Assembly (NCBI GenBank): GCA_040756745.1
Contig: JBFLYO010000003.1
Coordinates: 15,072 to 79,071, forward strand
From: Bacteroidota bacterium
Lineage (GTDB): Bacteria > Bacteroidota > Ignavibacteria > UBA10030 > UBA6906
DNA: 64,000 bases
Direction: 5' to 3'
This document shows, one piece after another, positions 10,144 to 19,979 of this stretch. Position numbers and translations under genes: made by a program. Within the stretch, counting starts at the first letter, position 1, and each line of letters opens with the position of its first letter. Under the pieces are notes generated by a model that was given only the letters and a program-made list of their open reading frames with translations, searched no databases and had not been told where the DNA came from.

Positions 10144-10638
10144 ATGCTGGACATCAATCCGGGTCTGATACTCTGGACCATCATTACCTTTCTCATCGTC
10201 CTGGTGGTGCTCCGCGCGGTGGCGTGGAAGCCCCTGCTGGGCGCGCTGACGGCGCGCGAGGAATCGATCCGCACGGCGCTCCGGAAGGCAGAGGAGGCGC
10301 AGGCCGAGGCGCAGCGGATGCTGGAGGAACAGCGCCGGCACCTGGCGCAGGCGGAGGAACGCTCACAGCGGCTGATGAAAGAGGGACGCGATATGGGAGA
10401 GCGGCTGAAGTCTGAGATCCTGGAGAAGGCCTCGTCGTCGTCGCGGCACATGATCGACCAGGCAAGGGACGAGATCCGCCGAGAGAAGGAAGCCGCGCTC
10501 CAGGAGCTGCGCGAGGAGGTAAGCGATCTCGCCGTTGCCGCGGCGGGGAAAATCCTGGACGCCAACCTGGACACGCCGAAACAGCGTGCGCTTGCCGAAG
10601 CGGCGATCAGGGAAATCACAGGGAAGAAGGCCAGATGA
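10144..10638 (+). CDS. atpF: F0F1 ATP synthase subunit b
   Basis: N-terminal TM helix followed by a long charged coiled coil. Its position in the atp operon fits. Confidence 0.85.
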   Translation: MLDINPGLILWTIITFLIVLVVLRAVAWKPLLGALTAREESIRTALRKAEEAQAEAQRMLEEQRRHLAQAEERSQRLMKEGRDMGERLKSEILEKASSSSRHMIDQARDEIRREKEAALQELREEVSDLAVAAAGKILDANLDTPKQRALAEAAIREITGKKAR

Positions 10639-11180
10639 AGAACGTCCGGGTGGCGCGGCGCTATGCGGCCGCGCTCATGGCGGTCGCGGAAGAATTGCAT
10701 TCGGTGCAGAGCATCGATGCGGACCTTAACCTGATCGAGAGAACAGTGAAAGCCTCGCGTGAACTCCGCCTCCTGATCGCAAGCCCCGTCGTTTCACCCG
10801 CCCGGAAACAGGGGGTCATCCACGCACTGTTCGACGGGAAGGTCGGGGTCGCCACGATGAGCTTCCTCGAACTCCTGATCGGAAAGCAGCGCGAATCGCA
10901 CATCCCGGGAATCGTGGAGCAGTATCGCGCGCTTCGCGACGATCGGCTGGGGATCGTGAGCGTAGAGGTCACTGCCGCGGTTGCGCTCACGCCTGAACAG
11001 GAGAAGGAACTGGCGGCCGGGCTCGAACGGACGATGGGGAAACAGGTGCGGCTGCACATCAGGGTTGAGGGGGGGATACGGGGAGGACTCGTGTTGCGGG
11101 TCGGCGATACAGTGCGCGATGCAAGCGTGCGGCGCCAGCTCGAAATCCTTCGCGAACGGTTCCGCACCGGCGGGAATTAA
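10635..11180 (+). CDS. atpH: F0F1 ATP synthase subunit delta
   Basis: OSCP/delta-like fold sequence ([12 protein letters not shown]...). It overlaps the atpF stop and precedes atpA. Confidence 0.85.
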   Translation: MKNVRVARRYAAALMAVAEELHSVQSIDADLNLIERTVKASRELRLLIASPVVSPARKQGVIHALFDGKVGVATMSFLELLIGKQRESHIPGIVEQYRALRDDRLGIVSVEVTAAVALTPEQEKELAAGLERTMGKQVRLHIRVEGGIRGGLVLRVGDTVRDASVRRQLEILRERFRTGGN

Positions 11181-11203
11181 TCGGCACTCACAAGGACAGG
11201 ACA

Positions 11204-12760
11204 ATGGCTGAAGTCAGACCAGACGAGGTATCCGCAATCCTCCGCAGACAGCTCGCGGGATTTGAGAAAGAGGTGGACGTGTACGATGTCGGCACCGTGC
11301 TCCAGATCGGTGACGGCGTTGCACGCGTGTACGGGCTGTCGAAGGCGCTGATGAGCGAGCTCGTTGAATTCCCCCACGGCGTGTACGGCATGGTGCTGAA
11401 CCTTGAGGAAGACAACGTCGGATGCATCCTCTTCGGTGAAAGCAGCGAGATCAAGGAGGGGGACACGGTCAAGCGAACAGGCCGCGTTGCTTCCCTTCCC
11501 GTGGGCGAAGGCATGCTCGGGCGCGTAGTGAACCCGCTCGGCCAGCCGGTTGATGGCCGCGGGCCGATCGCCACGGAGAAACTGATGCCGATTGAGCGGA
11601 AAGCGCTCGGCGTCATCCAGCGCCAGCCGGTGAAGGAGCCGCTGCAAACGGGCCTCAAGGCGGTGGACGGGATGATCCCGATCGGGCGCGGCCAGCGCGA
11701 GCTGATCATCGGGGACCGGCAGACCGGGAAGACAGCCATTGCGATCGATACCATCATCAACCAGCGGTACACGCACACCGATAAGGCAATGCGCGAGGGA
11801 GTGCAGCCGGTCTATTGCATCTACGTCGCGGTCGGTCAGAAGAGCTCCACCGTGGCGCAGGTCGTGGACAAGCTCCACACGGAAGGCGCCATGGAGTACA
11901 CAACCATCATCGCCGCAACCGCAAGCGATCCCGCCCCCATGCAGTTCATTGCGCCGTACTCAGGCGCCACGCTCGGCGAATATTTTCGGGACAACGGCCG
12001 CCATGCGCTGGTCGTCTACGACGATCTCTCAAAGCAGGCACAGTCGTACCGCCAGGTCTCGTTGTTGCTCCGCCGTCCGCCGGGGCGCGAAGCGTATCCG
12101 GGCGACGTGTTCTACCTTCACTCACGCCTGCTCGAGCGCGCCTCCAAGCTGAGCGACGAGCTGGGAGGGGGGAGCCTCACGGCGCTTCCCGTCATCGAGA
12201 CGCAGGCGGGCGACGTCTCCGCGTACATCCCCACGAACGTGATTTCGATTACCGACGGACAGATCTATCTCGAGCCGGGCATGTTCAATTCCGGCATCCG
12301 GCCGGCAATCAACGTCGGCATCTCCGTCTCCCGCGTCGGCGGCAACGCGCAGATCAAGGCAATGAAGAACGTGGCGGGCCGTCTACGCATCGAGCTTGCG
12401 CAGTATCGGGAGCTGGAAGCGTTTGCAAAATTCGGGTCCGACCTGGATAAAGCAACGCTGGCACAGCTCCGGCGTGGCTCGCGGCTGGTGGAGCTATTGA
12501 AACAAGGACAGTTCGTGCCGATGCCGGTGGAGAAACAGGTAGCCAGCATCTTCGCAGGGACAAACGGCTTCCTCGATGAGATCCCCGTGGACGAGGTGCA
12601 GCGCTATGAGAAGGAAATGCTGGAGGTGCTCGACCTCAAGCACCCGGATCTCCTCTTGGCCATTGCGGAGAAGAAAGATTTGACGGATGAGATAACGGCA
12701 CGGTTGAGGAAGGTGCTTGCCGAGTTTACCGAGTCGTTTAAGGCGTCGGTGAAGGCCTGA
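11204..12760 (+). CDS. atpA: F0F1 ATP synthase subunit alpha
   Basis: Walker A GDRQTGKT and canonical alpha-subunit motifs throughout. Confidence 0.97.
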   Translation: MAEVRPDEVSAILRRQLAGFEKEVDVYDVGTVLQIGDGVARVYGLSKALMSELVEFPHGVYGMVLNLEEDNVGCILFGESSEIKEGDTVKRTGRVASLPVGEGMLGRVVNPLGQPVDGRGPIATEKLMPIERKALGVIQRQPVKEPLQTGLKAVDGMIPIGRGQRELIIGDRQTGKTAIAIDTIINQRYTHTDKAMREGVQPVYCIYVAVGQKSSTVAQVVDKLHTEGAMEYTTIIAATASDPAPMQFIAPYSGATLGEYFRDNGRHALVVYDDLSKQAQSYRQVSLLLRRPPGREAYPGDVFYLHSRLLERASKLSDELGGGSLTALPVIETQAGDVSAYIPTNVISITDGQIYLEPGMFNSGIRPAINVGISVSRVGGNAQIKAMKNVAGRLRIELAQYRELEAFAKFGSDLDKATLAQLRRGSRLVELLKQGQFVPMPVEKQVASIFAGTNGFLDEIPVDEVQRYEKEMLEVLDLKHPDLLLAIAEKKDLTDEITARLRKVLAEFTESFKASVKA

Positions 12761-12761
12761 G

Positions 12762-13646
12762 ATGGCGACGCTGCGGGAAGTGCGCAGGCGCATCGGCGGG
12801 GTCAGGAAAACCCAGAAGATCACGCGCGCGATGAAGATGGTCGCGGCGGCAAAGCTGCGCCGCCGGCAGGCGGCGGTGATTGCGGCCCGGCCGTATGCCC
12901 GCAAGATGAAAGAGCTCCTTGCCCACCTCTCCGGGATTCCGGAAGCTGCGTCATCCGATCTGATGACGCCGCGCGAAATCAAATCGATTGCGCTGATCGT
13001 GGTGACTTCCGACCGCGGATTCTGCGGTGCGTTCAACGCCAACCTCCTGAAGGCCGCCGTAGCGCATGCGGAGGCACAGCCGGATGAGACGGGGACCGGC
13101 AAGGCGTTGAAGATATTCTCGATCGGCAAAAAGGGAACCGACTTCTTCACCAAACGTCAGTACAACATTGCCAGCAGGCGCGTCGGCCTCTTCGCCCGAC
13201 TTGATTTCACCGCGGCGAAGGAAATCGCCGGGGAGGTGACGGAGGGATATCTGCGCGGCGAGTACGACCGCGTGGATATCGTGTACAATGAGTTTAAAAC
13301 CGTTGCCCAACAGCGGATCGTGATCGAACAGTACCTGCCGATCCCGCAGTCGGACACGGGGCGGCGCGGAGGACCTGCGGCGGAGTACATCTACGAGCCG
13401 GGCCGCCATGAGATCCTTCTTTCGCTGATTCCCCGTCACCTGAACTTTCAGCTCTGGCGCGTGCTCCTGGAGTCGAATGCCGCTGAAGAGGGGGCGCGGA
13501 TGGCAGCGATGGAGAATGCCACAGAGAACGCGCGCGAACTGATCACCTCACTGCAGCTGCAGTACAACAAGGCCCGGCAGGCCTCGATTACAAAGGAACT
13601 TCTGGAGGTAGTTGCAGGTGCGGAGGCGCTTTCCGCCGGGGAGTAA
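12762..13646 (+). CDS. atpG: F0F1 ATP synthase subunit gamma
   Basis: Canonical N-terminus MATLREVRRRIGGVRKTQKITRAMKMVAAAKLRR and C-terminal helix. No atpD/atpC follows. Confidence 0.95.
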   Translation: MATLREVRRRIGGVRKTQKITRAMKMVAAAKLRRRQAAVIAARPYARKMKELLAHLSGIPEAASSDLMTPREIKSIALIVVTSDRGFCGAFNANLLKAAVAHAEAQPDETGTGKALKIFSIGKKGTDFFTKRQYNIASRRVGLFARLDFTAAKEIAGEVTEGYLRGEYDRVDIVYNEFKTVAQQRIVIEQYLPIPQSDTGRRGGPAAEYIYEPGRHEILLSLIPRHLNFQLWRVLLESNAAEEGARMAAMENATENARELITSLQLQYNKARQASITKELLEVVAGAEALSAGE

Positions 13647-13670
13647 GGACATCGGATGAGGCGTTTGTGA

Positions 13671-13700
13671 CCGCCGGAAGCACTCTCCGGCGGTTTTTTT
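13671..13700 (+). terminator. Rho-independent terminator after atpG
   Basis: Stem CCGCCGGA/TCCGGCGG with a 7-nt loop, followed by TTTTTTTGTGG. Confidence 0.7.
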
Positions 13701-13813
13701 GTGGTTGCGGCGCTCCTTGGGGATTGTTGCATTTCGACAGAGTTTTGCGTAGCTTTTAAATCCCTTGCGGGTTTCGCGGCGCTGTAAGCCATTGTCTCCA
13801 GAGAGGTTGAGGG

Positions 13814-15118
13814 ATGTTCGACGAACTGAGCCGGAAGCTTGACGCCGTCCTGAAAAAGCTGCGGGGACAAGGGAAGATCACGGAGGCCAACGTCGCTGAG
13901 ACGCTCCGTGAGGTCCGGCGCGTTCTCCTGGATGCCGACGTCAATTATAAGGTTGCGCGGGAGTTCATCGACGGCGTCCAGAAGAGAGCTATTGGCCAGG
14001 AGGTCTTACAGAGCATCACTCCCGGCCAGCTCGTCGTCAAGATCATTTTCGACGAGCTGGTGACACTGCTCGGGAGGTCGGCCGTGGAGATTGCCGTTTC
14101 GTCCACTCCCCCCACAGTGGTACTCGTTGCCGGCCTGCAGGGCTCGGGGAAGACGACGTTTTGTGCAAAGCTCGCGCGGCACTACGGGAGCCGCGGGCGA
14201 CATCCTCTCCTCGCCGCGGCGGACGTTCACCGTCCGGCAGCCATCCAGCAGCTTGCCTCGCTGGGAGCGCAGGCCGCCATCCCGGTCTTCTCCCTGCCGG
14301 GTGCGGGGGCGGTGGCGGTCGCAGGGGCGGCAGTCGAGCATGCGCGCAAGAACGCGCGGGATCTGGTGATCATCGATACCGCGGGCCGTCTGCACGTGGA
14401 TGAGGAGATGATGAGGGAGGTGGAAGCGGTCAGAGAGGCCGCACGCCCTCACGAGATTCTGTTTGTCGTTGACGCGATGACCGGACAGGATGCGGTCAAC
14501 ACCGCGCGAGTGTTCAACGAGCGACTCAACTTCGACGGCGCGGTGCTGACCAAGATGGACGGCGACGCGCGCGGGGGTGCAGCCCTCTCACTGCGGGCGA
14601 CCGTCGGGAAACCGATCAAGTTCCTGAGCATCGGCGAAAAGCTGGATGCGCTCGAGCGGTTTCACCCTGACCGGCTCGCATCCCGCATCCTCGGTATGGG
14701 CGACATCGTTACGCTCGTCGAGCAGGTGCAGGAGCGTGTCGACCAGGAGAAGGCGGTCCGACTCGAGGAGAAGCTCCGAAAGTCGCAGTTCACCCTCGAG
14801 GATTTCCTCGACCAGCTCCGGGAGGTCCGGAAGATGGGGCCGCTCAACCAGGTGCTGGGGATGCTTCCCGGCATGCACCGCCTCCCCTCGGACGCGCAGG
14901 TCGATGAAAAGGTGCTGGTGCGCATCGAAGCGATTATCCAGTCGATGACCCCCGAGGAGCGCCGCCGGCCCGCGATCATCAACGGGAGCAGGCGCAAGCG
15001 CATCGCGGGGGGAAGCGGGACAACGGTGCAGGATGTGAACAGGCTGATGAAACAGTACGAACAAATGCAACGGATGGTGAAACGGATGAGCGTAGGGGCG
15101 CGGTCCCCGCGCCCGTAG
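13814..15118 (+). CDS. ffh: signal recognition particle protein Ffh
   Basis: N and G domains (GLQGSGKTT, DTAGR) and a Met-rich M domain. Confidence 0.95.
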   Translation: MFDELSRKLDAVLKKLRGQGKITEANVAETLREVRRVLLDADVNYKVAREFIDGVQKRAIGQEVLQSITPGQLVVKIIFDELVTLLGRSAVEIAVSSTPPTVVLVAGLQGSGKTTFCAKLARHYGSRGRHPLLAAADVHRPAAIQQLASLGAQAAIPVFSLPGAGAVAVAGAAVEHARKNARDLVIIDTAGRLHVDEEMMREVEAVREAARPHEILFVVDAMTGQDAVNTARVFNERLNFDGAVLTKMDGDARGGAALSLRATVGKPIKFLSIGEKLDALERFHPDRLASRILGMGDIVTLVEQVQERVDQEKAVRLEEKLRKSQFTLEDFLDQLREVRKMGPLNQVLGMLPGMHRLPSDAQVDEKVLVRIEAIIQSMTPEERRRPAIINGSRRKRIAGGSGTTVQDVNRLMKQYEQMQRMVKRMSVGARSPRP

Positions 15119-15196
15119 GTGGGTTGTAGGGGCGCGGTCCCCGCGCCCAACAGAGGAATGATGAGAGAAGAGAGAAAAACATAAGGAGAAACGTTC

Positions 15197-15637
15197 GTGG
15201 CAGTACGGATCAGATTACGACGCATCGGAAAAAAGAAGCTTCCGATGTATCAGATCGTGGCGGCGGATTCCCGCGCGGCACGCAACGGCAAGTTCCTCGA
15301 GGTCGTCGGCCGGTACGAACCGCTCAAGCATCCCATGCTCATCAGCGCCAGGGAAGAGCGGGTCTTCCACTGGCTGAAGAACGGCGCTCTGCCGACCGAC
15401 ACCGTGCGCAGCCTGTTCCAGCGAAACGGGCTCTGGCTGAAATGGACGATGACCAGGCGGGGCGCGGAAGCCGGAGCGATCAGTGCAGAGATGGAGAAGT
15501 GGGAAATGGCGCGCGCTGAGAAAATGAGACGTGACGAGGAACGTCGCACACGTCGGCACGCGGCACGCAAGAAGGCCCGGAAGGCGGCAGGCGAGGCCGC
15601 TCCGCCCCCGGCCGCGGAGACACCTGCGGCGCAATAG
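15197..15637 (+). CDS. rpsP: 30S ribosomal protein S16 with basic C-terminal extension
   Basis: GTG start with RBS AAGGAGA. The protein begins MAVRIRLRRIGKKKLPMYQIV. Confidence 0.9.
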   Translation: MAVRIRLRRIGKKKLPMYQIVAADSRAARNGKFLEVVGRYEPLKHPMLISAREERVFHWLKNGALPTDTVRSLFQRNGLWLKWTMTRRGAEAGAISAEMEKWEMARAEKMRRDEERRTRRHAARKKARKAAGEAAPPPAAETPAAQ

Positions 15638-15754
15638 CTCAGGCGGCAGCCGGGAGATTCAGCGCCGAACGGTCTCTCGGCCGTGAGTGTGCGGGAGGCA
15701 AGTCGTGGAGAGCGTCATGCCCTGTGTACGCGACCTGTAACTGTGGAGGGGAGG

Positions 15755-15991
15755 ATGACTATGAAGGAATTTGTCGAGTTTATCGCGCGCCACCTTGTTG
15801 ATCACCCGGAACTCGTCGGCCTTGAGAGCGCAGTGCGCGATGACAAGGTGATCTTCACGCTGAAGGTGGCGACACAGGACATCGGTAAAGTCATCGGACG
15901 GAAAGGACGGACGGCACAGGCCATGCGCGTTTTGCTGGCAGCGGTCGCTGCCCGGGAAGGAAAACGGGTCATACTCGAAATCGCGGAATGA
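15755..15991 (+). CDS. KH domain RNA-binding protein (YlqC/UPF0109 family)
   Basis: The GxxG KH motif (VIGRKGRTAQAMRVL) in a conserved position between rpsP and rimM. The start was chosen at the ATG preceded by GGAGGGGAGG. Confidence 0.75.
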   Translation: MTMKEFVEFIARHLVDHPELVGLESAVRDDKVIFTLKVATQDIGKVIGRKGRTAQAMRVLLAAVAAREGKRVILEIAE

Positions 15992-16509
15992 CGTTCGCGC
16001 CTCCCGATCTGTATGCCGTGGGAACGATTGCCAAGGCGTACGGCGTCAGGGGGGATGTCGTCGTCCAGCCGCTGACGGATTCGGCGGCACGCTTCCGGAA
16101 GCTGCGGAACGCGTGGCTGGGGAGGGACACCGTGGCGGCACGGGAAGTGCGGATTGAACGGGCGACCGTCGATTCGCGCGGCGTCCGGTTGAAACTGGAG
16201 GGGATCGACGACCGGACGGCGGCCGGCGAGCTCCGCGGCATGATGCTGTTCGTGGACAAGACCCACCGTGTGCGCCTCCCTGCGGGGAGTTATTTCGTCC
16301 ATGATGTGATCGGACTTGCGGTGCGCGACCGGGACGGCGCTGATCTTGGCACGGTGGCGGACGTGTTGCGGTACCCCGCGAACGACGTCTATGTCGTTCG
16401 CGGCAACGGGAGGGAATTCCTCCTGCCGGCGGTAAGAGAGTTCGTGACGGCCATCGATCTCGCGACGCGCACCATGACCGTCCGCCTCATCGAGGGAATG
16501 GTGGAATGA
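15988..16509 (+). CDS. rimM: 16S rRNA processing protein RimM
   Basis: RimM N-terminal beta-barrel plus PRC barrel ([15 protein letters not shown]...). The operon position fits. Confidence 0.85.
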   Translation: MTFAPPDLYAVGTIAKAYGVRGDVVVQPLTDSAARFRKLRNAWLGRDTVAAREVRIERATVDSRGVRLKLEGIDDRTAAGELRGMMLFVDKTHRVRLPAGSYFVHDVIGLAVRDRDGADLGTVADVLRYPANDVYVVRGNGREFLLPAVREFVTAIDLATRTMTVRLIEGMVE

Positions 16510-17192
16510 GCATCCGGATCGACGTGGTGACGGGATTCCCGAAGCTCCTCGAAGGGCCGCTGCATGAAAGCATCCTGAAGCGGGCGCAGGAAAAGGGGAT
16601 TGCGACGATCGCCGTGCACGACCTCAGGGCGTATGCTCAGGACCGGCACCGGACGATTGACGACGTGCCCTACGGCGGCGGCGCGGGAATGATCCTGAAG
16701 CCGGAACCAGTGTTCGCCTGCGTCGAAGCGCTGACGAAGGAGCGCCGGTACGACGACGTCATCTACCTGTCGGCTGACGGCGAACGCTTCACCCAGGGGA
16801 TGGCGAACGCGCTCTCCCTGCGTGAGGCGGTAATCCTCCTGTGCGGGCACTATAAGGGAATCGACGAGCGGATCAGGCAGTCGCTCGTGACCCGGGAGAT
16901 TTCGATCGGCGACTATGTCCTGACCGGCGGAGAACTCCCGGCGCTGGTGGTGATCGATGCAGTGGTGCGGCTGATTCCGGGTGTGCTCAACGACGGAGAA
17001 TCGCTCCTCACCGATTCGTTTCAGGACGGGCTGCTCGATGCGCCGTCGTATACGCGGCCTGCGGAGTTCCGGGGGATGCGGGTGCCGGAGGTACTGCTCT
17101 CGGGAAACCACGAAGAGATCGCGGACTGGCGCATGGAACAGCGACGGGAGCGGACGGAAGAACGCCGCAAGGATTTGTCTGAACATTCATAA
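16506..17192 (+). CDS. trmD: tRNA (guanine37-N1)-methyltransferase TrmD
   Basis: SPOUT knot motifs ([26 protein letters not shown]). Confidence 0.95.
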   Translation: MSIRIDVVTGFPKLLEGPLHESILKRAQEKGIATIAVHDLRAYAQDRHRTIDDVPYGGGAGMILKPEPVFACVEALTKERRYDDVIYLSADGERFTQGMANALSLREAVILLCGHYKGIDERIRQSLVTREISIGDYVLTGGELPALVVIDAVVRLIPGVLNDGESLLTDSFQDGLLDAPSYTRPAEFRGMRVPEVLLSGNHEEIADWRMEQRRERTEERRKDLSEHS

Positions 17193-17215
17193 ACGTTTGC
17201 AGAGCGGAGAACGCC

Positions 17216-17557
17216 ATGGAGAAACTTAAACTCGTCGACGCCACCCAGATGAAGAGCGGGATCCCCGCCTTTGCCCCGGGTGACACGATCAACGTGCACG
17301 TGCGCGTTGTGGAAGGGGACAAAGAGCGCATCCAGCAGTTCCAGGGAGTCGTCATCGGGCGCCACGGCTCCGGCATGAGCGCAACATTCACAGTGCGGAA
17401 AGTGTCCGACGGCGTCGGAGTGGAGCGCATCTTCCCGCTGCACTCCCCCCGCATTGCAAAGATCGAGAAGATCAAGGAAGGAGCGGTCCGGAGAGCAAAA
17501 CTGTACTATCTCCGAGACCTCGCAAGCAAGGCGATCCGACAAAAGACCAACGCGTGA
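17216..17557 (+). CDS. rplS: 50S ribosomal protein L19
   Basis: Canonical L19 sequence ([29 protein letters not shown]). Confidence 0.95.
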   Translation: MEKLKLVDATQMKSGIPAFAPGDTINVHVRVVEGDKERIQQFQGVVIGRHGSGMSATFTVRKVSDGVGVERIFPLHSPRIAKIEKIKEGAVRRAKLYYLRDLASKAIRQKTNA

Positions 17558-17668
17558 CCCGGTGCGCCCCCTCACAGGCGGCTCACATCGTTCATTGATA
17601 TAGATAGTGGGACCGGCGTCCATCGACACCGGCGTTCTCATTCATTCACACACTCGGGGAGGTCCGCA

Positions 17669-18985
17669 ATGATGAAGCGAATGCGAATGGTGTGCACGAT
17701 CTGTGCGGCGGTCATGACAGCGGGATTCCTTGCGTCGGGGTGTAAGAGCAGTGATACCCCCGCCGGACCGGGAGGAGGAGGTGGGGGCACTGGCCTCACC
17801 GTGGTGGGCAAGGTCCTCGGCCAGAACAACCAGCCCGTGGCAGGAGTCCCGGTGCTCATCAAGGGGATCCCCTCGACCAACACCGACGCCAACGGCAACT
17901 TCACCTTCACCAACGTTTCCGCCCCGTACGATGTCACCGTCATCGACGGCACCGGAAAGACCGCGTTCATGTACAAAGGGGTCACGCGAACCGACCCCAC
18001 GCTCAGTTTCCTGGGCATGAGTCCGGGAACCCCTCGGAACGCCAACATCACCGGCAAAGTGTTCGGCGGCGCATTCAGTCCGACGCAGCCAGCGGATCAT
18101 ACCACCCAGGTTGCATTTATCTCGCCCGAAGCCATGAACAACACGACAACGGCGGCGGATGGGACGTTCGGCCCCATGGGCATTAACTGGGCGAGTGCGA
18201 CCACAACCACAGGGGCGCTTTATGCCCTTCAGTTCCAGAGGGATGGAGCGGGGCTTCCTGTCGCCTCCGGCTTCAAAGGGTACGGCGTCCGCAACAACGT
18301 AGTGCTGACCGACGCCAACCCGCTGATCAATCAGTTCGATACGCTCCAGGCCATCGGCACCGGCCAGATGACGGGGACGGTGTCAGTGGCAAGCGGATAT
18401 ACGGTGTACACCAAGGTGATCTTTGCCCGCGTTTCCGCGAACGGGACCCTTCGAGTATTCAGCGATAACACCCCCACAACGAACTTCTCCTACTATACTC
18501 CTAACATCACAGGGGTCGCTCTCATCCTCGGTGCCGGTGCGCAGAAGACGGGGAACCAGTCGGTCATCTTCAAGACCGGCTTGTCGGCCAACGCGACCGG
18601 CCTCGCAGTCTCCGTTCCTGCCGCTCCAGAGCAGAGCCTTCCCATTGCTGGCGCTACGGGAGTCGATACGACCGTCGCGTTTTCCTGGACGGCATATACC
18701 GGCGGCGTACACCTGGTATACTTCCAGGCCGGTGGAACCAATCCGAAGTTCTACATTCTCACATCGGGAACGAGCGCCACGATTCCCAATCTTCAGCCCT
18801 TTGGCCTGGGACTCCCTCCGTCCACAACCTATACATGGCAAATCTACGGCTTTGCCCCGTATGCGAGCGTTGATGCAGCGGCGGCTCCGGGAGGATTCCT
18901 GGCCGGACTGCTCAACCCCGCATTGCTTGGCGCCGATTCGTATCTTGCGCTCTCTGCCTCGCGCAATTTCGTGACGAAACCGTAA
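17669..18985 (+). CDS. lipoprotein with carboxypeptidase-regulatory-like (CarbopepD_reg) domain, Thr/Gly-rich, function unknown
   Basis: Signal peptide with lipobox LASGC and a Gly-rich linker. The segment VVGKVLGQNNQPVAGVPVLIKGIPSTNTDANGNFTF matches the CarbopepD_reg fold. It is low complexity otherwise. Confidence 0.6.
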   Translation: MMKRMRMVCTICAAVMTAGFLASGCKSSDTPAGPGGGGGGTGLTVVGKVLGQNNQPVAGVPVLIKGIPSTNTDANGNFTFTNVSAPYDVTVIDGTGKTAFMYKGVTRTDPTLSFLGMSPGTPRNANITGKVFGGAFSPTQPADHTTQVAFISPEAMNNTTTAADGTFGPMGINWASATTTTGALYALQFQRDGAGLPVASGFKGYGVRNNVVLTDANPLINQFDTLQAIGTGQMTGTVSVASGYTVYTKVIFARVSANGTLRVFSDNTPTTNFSYYTPNITGVALILGAGAQKTGNQSVIFKTGLSANATGLAVSVPAAPEQSLPIAGATGVDTTVAFSWTAYTGGVHLVYFQAGGTNPKFYILTSGTSATIPNLQPFGLGLPPSTTYTWQIYGFAPYASVDAAAAPGGFLAGLLNPALLGADSYLALSASRNFVTKP

Positions 18986-19108
18986 GAGAGGGCCATCGCT
19001 CTCTCATTTGCACGCTCCGGAGCGTACGGCAGAGTTGCCGTGCGCTCCGCTGTTTGTTGACCACACGCGCAATGCAGAAAGAATCCGTGAGAATCGGTAT
19101 ATTGGTTC

Positions 19109-19900
19109 ATGCAGTCGGCCAAACATCTCGGCATTCCGGAAAGCCTCTATTGCCGCCCCTTCATCGAAGGACTTCGCGACGAAGACAGCTTCCGGCTGGT
19201 CCACGAACAGCCGGCTGAGATCGCCCGCCGCCTCGAGACGCGCGGCCTGGATGCCGCCTTCCTTTCGCCGATCGATTATGCCCGCAATGCGTCCGAGTAT
19301 TTGATCATCCCGGGGAGTGCAGTCTCCTCTGCCGAAGGGAACAACGCCGTCGTCATCCATTTCCGCGAGGGAGCGACAAACGTGCGCACCCTTGCGGTCC
19401 GGCCCTCTTCCGCCTCCGATATCGTCCTTGCGCGTATCATGCTCGCGGAGCGGTTTGATCTCAACCCGCGTATCGTCCCGGTGATGGGCGCGCTCGAAGA
19501 GATGCTGGCGAAAGCCGATGCCGCACTTCTCACCGCCGATGCCGCCATGGAGTATGCGCTGTCGCGGCCTAGCGCCCTCGACCTCGTGGAAGAGTGGATC
19601 GCAGCGACCGACCTTCCGTATGTTCATGGGTTCTGGGCAGGACGGGAGGATTCGCTCTCAAAGCATGAATGGGATATCATCGCCGGTGCGGCGGACCGGG
19701 GGTACACCTCGCTGCAGGCACAGGGAGAACCTGTGGCGGGAGCGCTCGAAACGTTTTCGTATGATCTCACCGACGACGTGCAGGAAGGGATCCGCGAGTT
19801 CCTCCGTTACGCATACTATCACGGCATCCTTCCTGATGTCCCCGATCTCCGCTTCTTCGGGACCGACGTCGATTCCCCCTCACGGCCCGCGCTGAACTGA
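19109..19900 (+). CDS. MqnA/MqnD family menaquinone biosynthesis protein (futalosine pathway; likely chorismate dehydratase MqnA)
   Basis: Periplasmic-binding-like VitK2_biosynth pattern (LSPIDYARNASEYLIIPGSAVSSAEGNNAVVIHF). The length of about 260 aa fits. Confidence 0.55.
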   Translation: MQSAKHLGIPESLYCRPFIEGLRDEDSFRLVHEQPAEIARRLETRGLDAAFLSPIDYARNASEYLIIPGSAVSSAEGNNAVVIHFREGATNVRTLAVRPSSASDIVLARIMLAERFDLNPRIVPVMGALEEMLAKADAALLTADAAMEYALSRPSALDLVEEWIAATDLPYVHGFWAGREDSLSKHEWDIIAGAADRGYTSLQAQGEPVAGALETFSYDLTDDVQEGIREFLRYAYYHGILPDVPDLRFFGTDVDSPSRPALN

Positions 19901-19979
19901 CGCCGCCCACCCGCTCGCCGGGAGCGCGCTTCCGGCCACCGCAAATTGTATCTTTTGCAAACAATGGGTAGATTGACGC

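Noticed and set aside
19941-19979. TTTTGCAAA palindrome and TTG/TAtcTTTTG-like elements upstream of recN as a LexA box or Bacteroidota-type promoter
   Set aside because: It does not match CTGT-N8-ACAG or GAAC-N4-GTTC, and only loosely resembles TAnnTTTG. Too weak to call without a lineage-specific matrix.
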